Below are positions 7,622 through 10,590 of a DNA stretch of 10,590 bases, one piece after another. The number at the start of each line of letters is the position of its first letter. Positions within the stretch are counted from its first letter, which is position 1. The stretch covers positions 1-10,590 of the forward strand of contig JBFRWI010000159.1 in the NCBI GenBank assembly GCA_051439505.1, given 5' to 3'. The notes beneath the pieces are model-generated. The model worked only from the letters and a program-made list of their open reading frames with translations, ran no database searches and was not told where the DNA came from. Source of the DNA: Hormoscilla sp. (lineage in GTDB: Bacteria > Cyanobacteriota > Cyanobacteriia > Cyanobacteriales > Desertifilaceae). A program made the position numbers and the translations under genes.

Positions 7622-8758
7622 TTACTGCTGAAACTTACCATTGCGCCAAGTTCCTTCCACGCGAGTTCCGTCAGCATAGATATAAACCCCCGTACCATGC
7701 TTGTCTCCGTTGCGGAATTCGCCTTCATAGCGATCGCCATTTCCATATACGCAATTAGCGCTGCCATTGAACTGACCATTTGTTACGTCTCCTTCGCAGC
7801 GATCGCCATTAGCAAAGCTATAAACACCCCTGCCATTCATCTCACCATTTCTAAACTCGCCGGAGTAACTATTTCTATTGGTAAAGCTGTAAACGCCTTG
7901 ACCGTGGAATTTTCCGTCCCTGAAATCTCCCTCATAGCGGTTTCTGTCAGCAAAAATGAAAATCCCGCGCCCGTTAGGTTTATTGTTTCTAAATTGCCCT
8001 TCATAACGATTTCCATTGGCATATTTTCGGACCCCGCGACCCTCGAACAAACCATTCCTGAAAGCACCTTCGTAGCTACCACTCTTAGCAAAAGTTAAGA
8101 CTCCATTCCCGTTGAACTTCCCGTCTCGGAATTCTCCCTTGTAGCGATCGCCATTTGCCCGAGTGTAAACTCCTTGCCCATGTCTCTTGCCATTGCGCAA
8201 TTCACCTTCATAGCGGTTCCCGTTAGCATAGGTGCAAGTGCCGCGACCATTCAGTTGACCTGACCTGACTTCTCCGGAACAACGGTCTCCTTTGGGAGTG
8301 ATATAGGTACCGCGCCCGGCGGGTATGTCATCTTGAAACTGGCCTTCATAACGTACCCCATTGGCAGAGATGAAAATGCCCGTACCATTGAACTTGCCGG
8401 ACCTTAACTCTCCTTCATAGCGATCGCCATTGGCAAATTTCCACACCCCGCGACCGTTGAACTTCCCATCCCGGAAAGCACCCTCGTAGCGATCGCCATT
8501 CGCAAAAACGTATACTCCTCGACCGGAAGCTTGACCGTTTCTAAATTCGCCTTCGTAGCGATCGCCATTGGCATATTGACAGGAACCGCGACCATTCAAC
8601 TTGCCGTTTTGAATTTCTCCATTGCAGCGAGTTCCATCCGGCAAATTAATTTCTATTGCCATTGCCAAGGGGGGATGAATAATACAGCTACCAGCTGGCA
8701 AGCTTAATGCCACTAATAGAGCCATTCCTAATTTTCGCATTCCTGACAGCCTATTCAT
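7622..8758 (-). CDS. MORN-repeat protein, probably secreted (14 full repeats plus 1 partial)
   Basis: 23-aa repeats of the form GDRYEGEFRNGKFNGRGVYxFAN. The likely start is ATG 8758 (MNRL) or 8740 (MRKL), followed by a signal-peptide-like stretch MRKLGMALLVALSL...PPLAMA. Confidence 0.9.
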   Translation of the reverse strand: MNRLSGMRKLGMALLVALSLPAGSCIIHPPLAMAIEINLPDGTRCNGEIQNGKLNGRGSCQYANGDRYEGEFRNGQASGRGVYVFANGDRYEGAFRDGKFNGRGVWKFANGDRYEGELRSGKFNGTGIFISANGVRYEGQFQDDIPAGRGTYITPKGDRCSGEVRSGQLNGRGTCTYANGNRYEGELRNGKRHGQGVYTRANGDRYKGEFRDGKFNGNGVLTFAKSGSYEGAFRNGLFEGRGVRKYANGNRYEGQFRNNKPNGRGIFIFADRNRYEGDFRDGKFHGQGVYSFTNRNSYSGEFRNGEMNGRGVYSFANGDRCEGDVTNGQFNGSANCVYGNGDRYEGEFRNGDKHGTGVYIYADGTRVEGTWRNGKFQQ

Positions 8759-9112
8759 AAATTTACTATTGCAAGCAATTCTAAATAATTTTATCCTACT
8801 GAGAATAAGTATTTTGGCAACTAGCAGCCCTTGTTGAGAACAGCAGGTGCCAAACGGATCGGGGCCTTGCAGAATTTTTTGTTTGAGTTCAAGGACTTGT
8901 AGGTTATCTGCCGGTGCCAATGGCCAGAGTCGGGCCATCGAGCGTGACTTTTTTGCCCAAAAAGAAAGCACCAGACCTATAATAAAGATATTTATCTCAA
9001 ATCGCTGTATTCCTTTCCCTGCATGCATTCCAGCGATTATACTCTAAAACTGACCGCACTGTTGTACCGACCATGACCCCCACACAGCTTTGACGGACTT
9101 GTGTTATATTAA

Positions 9113-9337
9113 TGTGGAGCGGAATATGAAGGTTGTAATGAATATTTAGTCATCACCAAGCCAGAGGCAGTGGCGAAGGTCCATCGTGATTTTCTCGCAG
9201 CGGGGGCAGGTGTTATCGAGACCGATAGCTTTGGATCTAGCCCCTTAGTCCTCCCAGAGTACGATCTAGCCGATCGCGCCTACGAGCTAAGTAAAAAGGC
9301 GGCAGAATTGGCGCGCAGTTGTACAGACTCAAAGTAA
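9113..9337 (+). pseudogene. metH: Internal fragment of cobalamin-dependent methionine synthase (homocysteine-binding domain)
   Basis: Hand translation gives [73 protein letters not shown], matching the cyanobacterial MetH N-terminal region. It is bounded by TAA at 9110-9112 and 9335-9337 and has no ATG. Confidence 0.85.
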
Positions 9338-9342
9338 GCGAT

Positions 9343-9900
9343 ATGAACACAAAGCAAGAAATATCAAAAAGCAAAATAACTGCGACTTTAGTTGCTGCGA
9401 GCCTTGGGCTTGTCTACTATGCTTGGGATCTTAGTTTTAATTTTGGTGCTTTCGGAGTTATTTTCCTGGGACATATTCTATCAATATGGCTGTTTTCCTT
9501 GACTATTCTTTTAATAACTATAGTCGTACAAGAGAACATTCTGCCTGGTCGAAAGTCGTGGGGGTATTTCATACTCTCATTACCAACTATCTGGCTGATC
9601 CTTAAAATTATTGATGACCCAGCGGAAACTGGACAAATATATGATCTCTGGATTCATATAGTAAGTATTCTGGCGCTTATTATTTCTTTACCCTATGTAG
9701 TCTACCTCTTTTTCTGTTTTACCAATCCGCAGATTCTTCTTCTTAAACGTAGATTGATTATTAGTCTCGTCGGAATGGTTCTCTTTGTCGCTCTCATTGG
9801 TTACACTTTAGGAAAAAACAACCACCTGATAATGACCTGCCAAAATTTTATAGTCAGTGGCCAAGATACGCCACAAAACTGTATTAATGTGAAAAAGTAA
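9343..9900 (+). CDS. Hypothetical integral membrane protein (about 5 TM segments, C-terminal Cys pair)
   Basis: Open frame of 185 aa from ATG 9343 with several hydrophobic stretches and a C-terminal MTCQNFIVSGQDTPQNC; visibly AT-rich. Confidence 0.75.
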   Translation: MNTKQEISKSKITATLVAASLGLVYYAWDLSFNFGAFGVIFLGHILSIWLFSLTILLITIVVQENILPGRKSWGYFILSLPTIWLILKIIDDPAETGQIYDLWIHIVSILALIISLPYVVYLFFCFTNPQILLLKRRLIISLVGMVLFVALIGYTLGKNNHLIMTCQNFIVSGQDTPQNCINVKK

Positions 9901-9949
9901 CTGACGAAAGGATAAAGTCAAAAATCAATTCCAATCTCACAAAAAAAGT

Positions 9950-10234
9950 ATGGACTGAAAGGCGTATCCCACTGATTTAACTGACTCAGAATGGAAATAA
10001 ATCGAAGATTTATTTCCACCCCCTAATTCGATAGGAAGTCCTCGCTTAGTAGACTTGCGGGAAATTGTGAATGCAATTTTCTATTGGGTTGATAATGGGA
10101 TAAAATGGAGAGCATTACCCCATGATTTCCCCTGCTGGCAAACGGTATACGGCTACTATCGTCGCTGGGTTAAAACGCATCTGTGGGAAGAAATCAATGA
10201 GAGTCAGAAAATTGGGAGATCTGCTGCAAAATAA
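9950..10234 (+). mobile_element. Degraded, truncated IS5-family (IS1031-like) transposase N-terminus
   Basis: Translation is MD*KAYPTDLTDSEWK*IEDLFPP...[53 protein letters not shown]. Internal stops fall at 9956-9958 and 9998-10000, and the DDE domain is missing. Confidence 0.9.
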
Positions 10235-10590
10235 CGCGATTTGCGTACCGGATTTACTTCGCCACCAAAATTAACGCTTGGCTCCTTAATGAGTTTTGCG
10301 ACGCACCCAGCATGGGCTTGGAACTTTTTGACAAAAGAAAAGTTCGATATGCCCCATTTGTCTGGCTATGTCTCGGAGGGAACGAATTTAGCAGTCTCTG
10401 TTGGCGATTACTTCTCAACGATGCTAGATCAATCCATGAATTGGAATGATGCTGAAAAACTCTGCTCACAGTGGAACGGGCAGTTTGCACTGAAAGGGAT
10501 AATGAGTGTGGAAGATGCCAAGCGTGCTGTTGATATTGGTTGTACGGGTATTATGGTTTCTAACCACGGCGGCCGTCAGCTCGATGGTTC
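10235..10590 (+). pseudogene. 5'-truncated FMN-dependent alpha-hydroxy acid oxidase / L-lactate dehydrogenase (LldD-like); runs off the window end
   Basis: Translation is RDLRTGFTSPPKLTLGSLMSFATHPAWAWNF...DQSMNWNDAEKLCSQWNGQFALKGIMSVEDAKRAVDIGCTGIMVSNHGGRQLDG, with the active-site signature SNHGGRQ at 10559-10579. It begins mid-protein immediately after TAA 10232-10234. Confidence 0.88.

Larger units (their letters stand above)
862..8565. repeat. HIP1 octamer (GCGATCGC), dispersed
   Basis: Seen at about 862, 1177, 1663, 2163, 2189, 2801, 2974, 3196, 4942, 6018, 6053, 7587, 7730, 7799, 8144, 8420, 8489 and 8558; diagnostic of many cyanobacteria. Confidence 0.92.

Noticed and set aside
7697..8098. 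Hydrophobic 133-aa plus-strand ORF
   Set aside because: It is an antisense by-product of the MORN repeats.
7700..8600. Regularly spaced AGCGATCGCCATT repeats as a CRISPR array
   Set aside because: The repeats are short, have a 69-bp period and are fully explained by MORN coding repeats; no cas genes are present.
8759..9028. 90-aa N-terminal extension of the MORN ORF
   Set aside because: It does not look protein-like and would bury the signal peptide; it is probably upstream non-coding DNA.
9042..9061. CTCTAAAACTGACCGCACTG as a possible IS terminal repeat
   Set aside because: I found no partner inverted repeat or matching transposase in the window.
10254..10490. Minus-strand 78-aa ORF
   Set aside because: It is antisense to the alpha-hydroxy acid oxidase fragment.

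Overview
Cyanobacterial chromosome window, judged by at least 18 HIP1 GCGATCGC sites counted by eye and by cyanobacterial-type proteins. The intact core holds rubredoxin plus a HI0933/BaiN-family flavoprotein (+), a group 2 sigma factor of the SigD type (-), carB (-), a probably secreted MORN-repeat protein (-) and an AT-rich membrane protein (+). Several features are missing from the ORF track. At the left edge, the 3' part of a HEARO/omega-RNA-like element has no IscB ORF behind it. It ends in a terminator-like hairpin and abuts the decapitated C-terminal half of a TIGR02646-like (retron/PtuB-type) HNH nuclease gene. A small ORF at 2096-2320 looks like an in-frame internal deletion joined at CGATCG. 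At the right edge is a run of gene fragments: metH, an IS5 transposase and an FMN-dependent alpha-hydroxy acid oxidase. Small REP/SDR-like repeats occupy the intergenic spaces. All family assignments come from motif recognition by eye, not from database searches.
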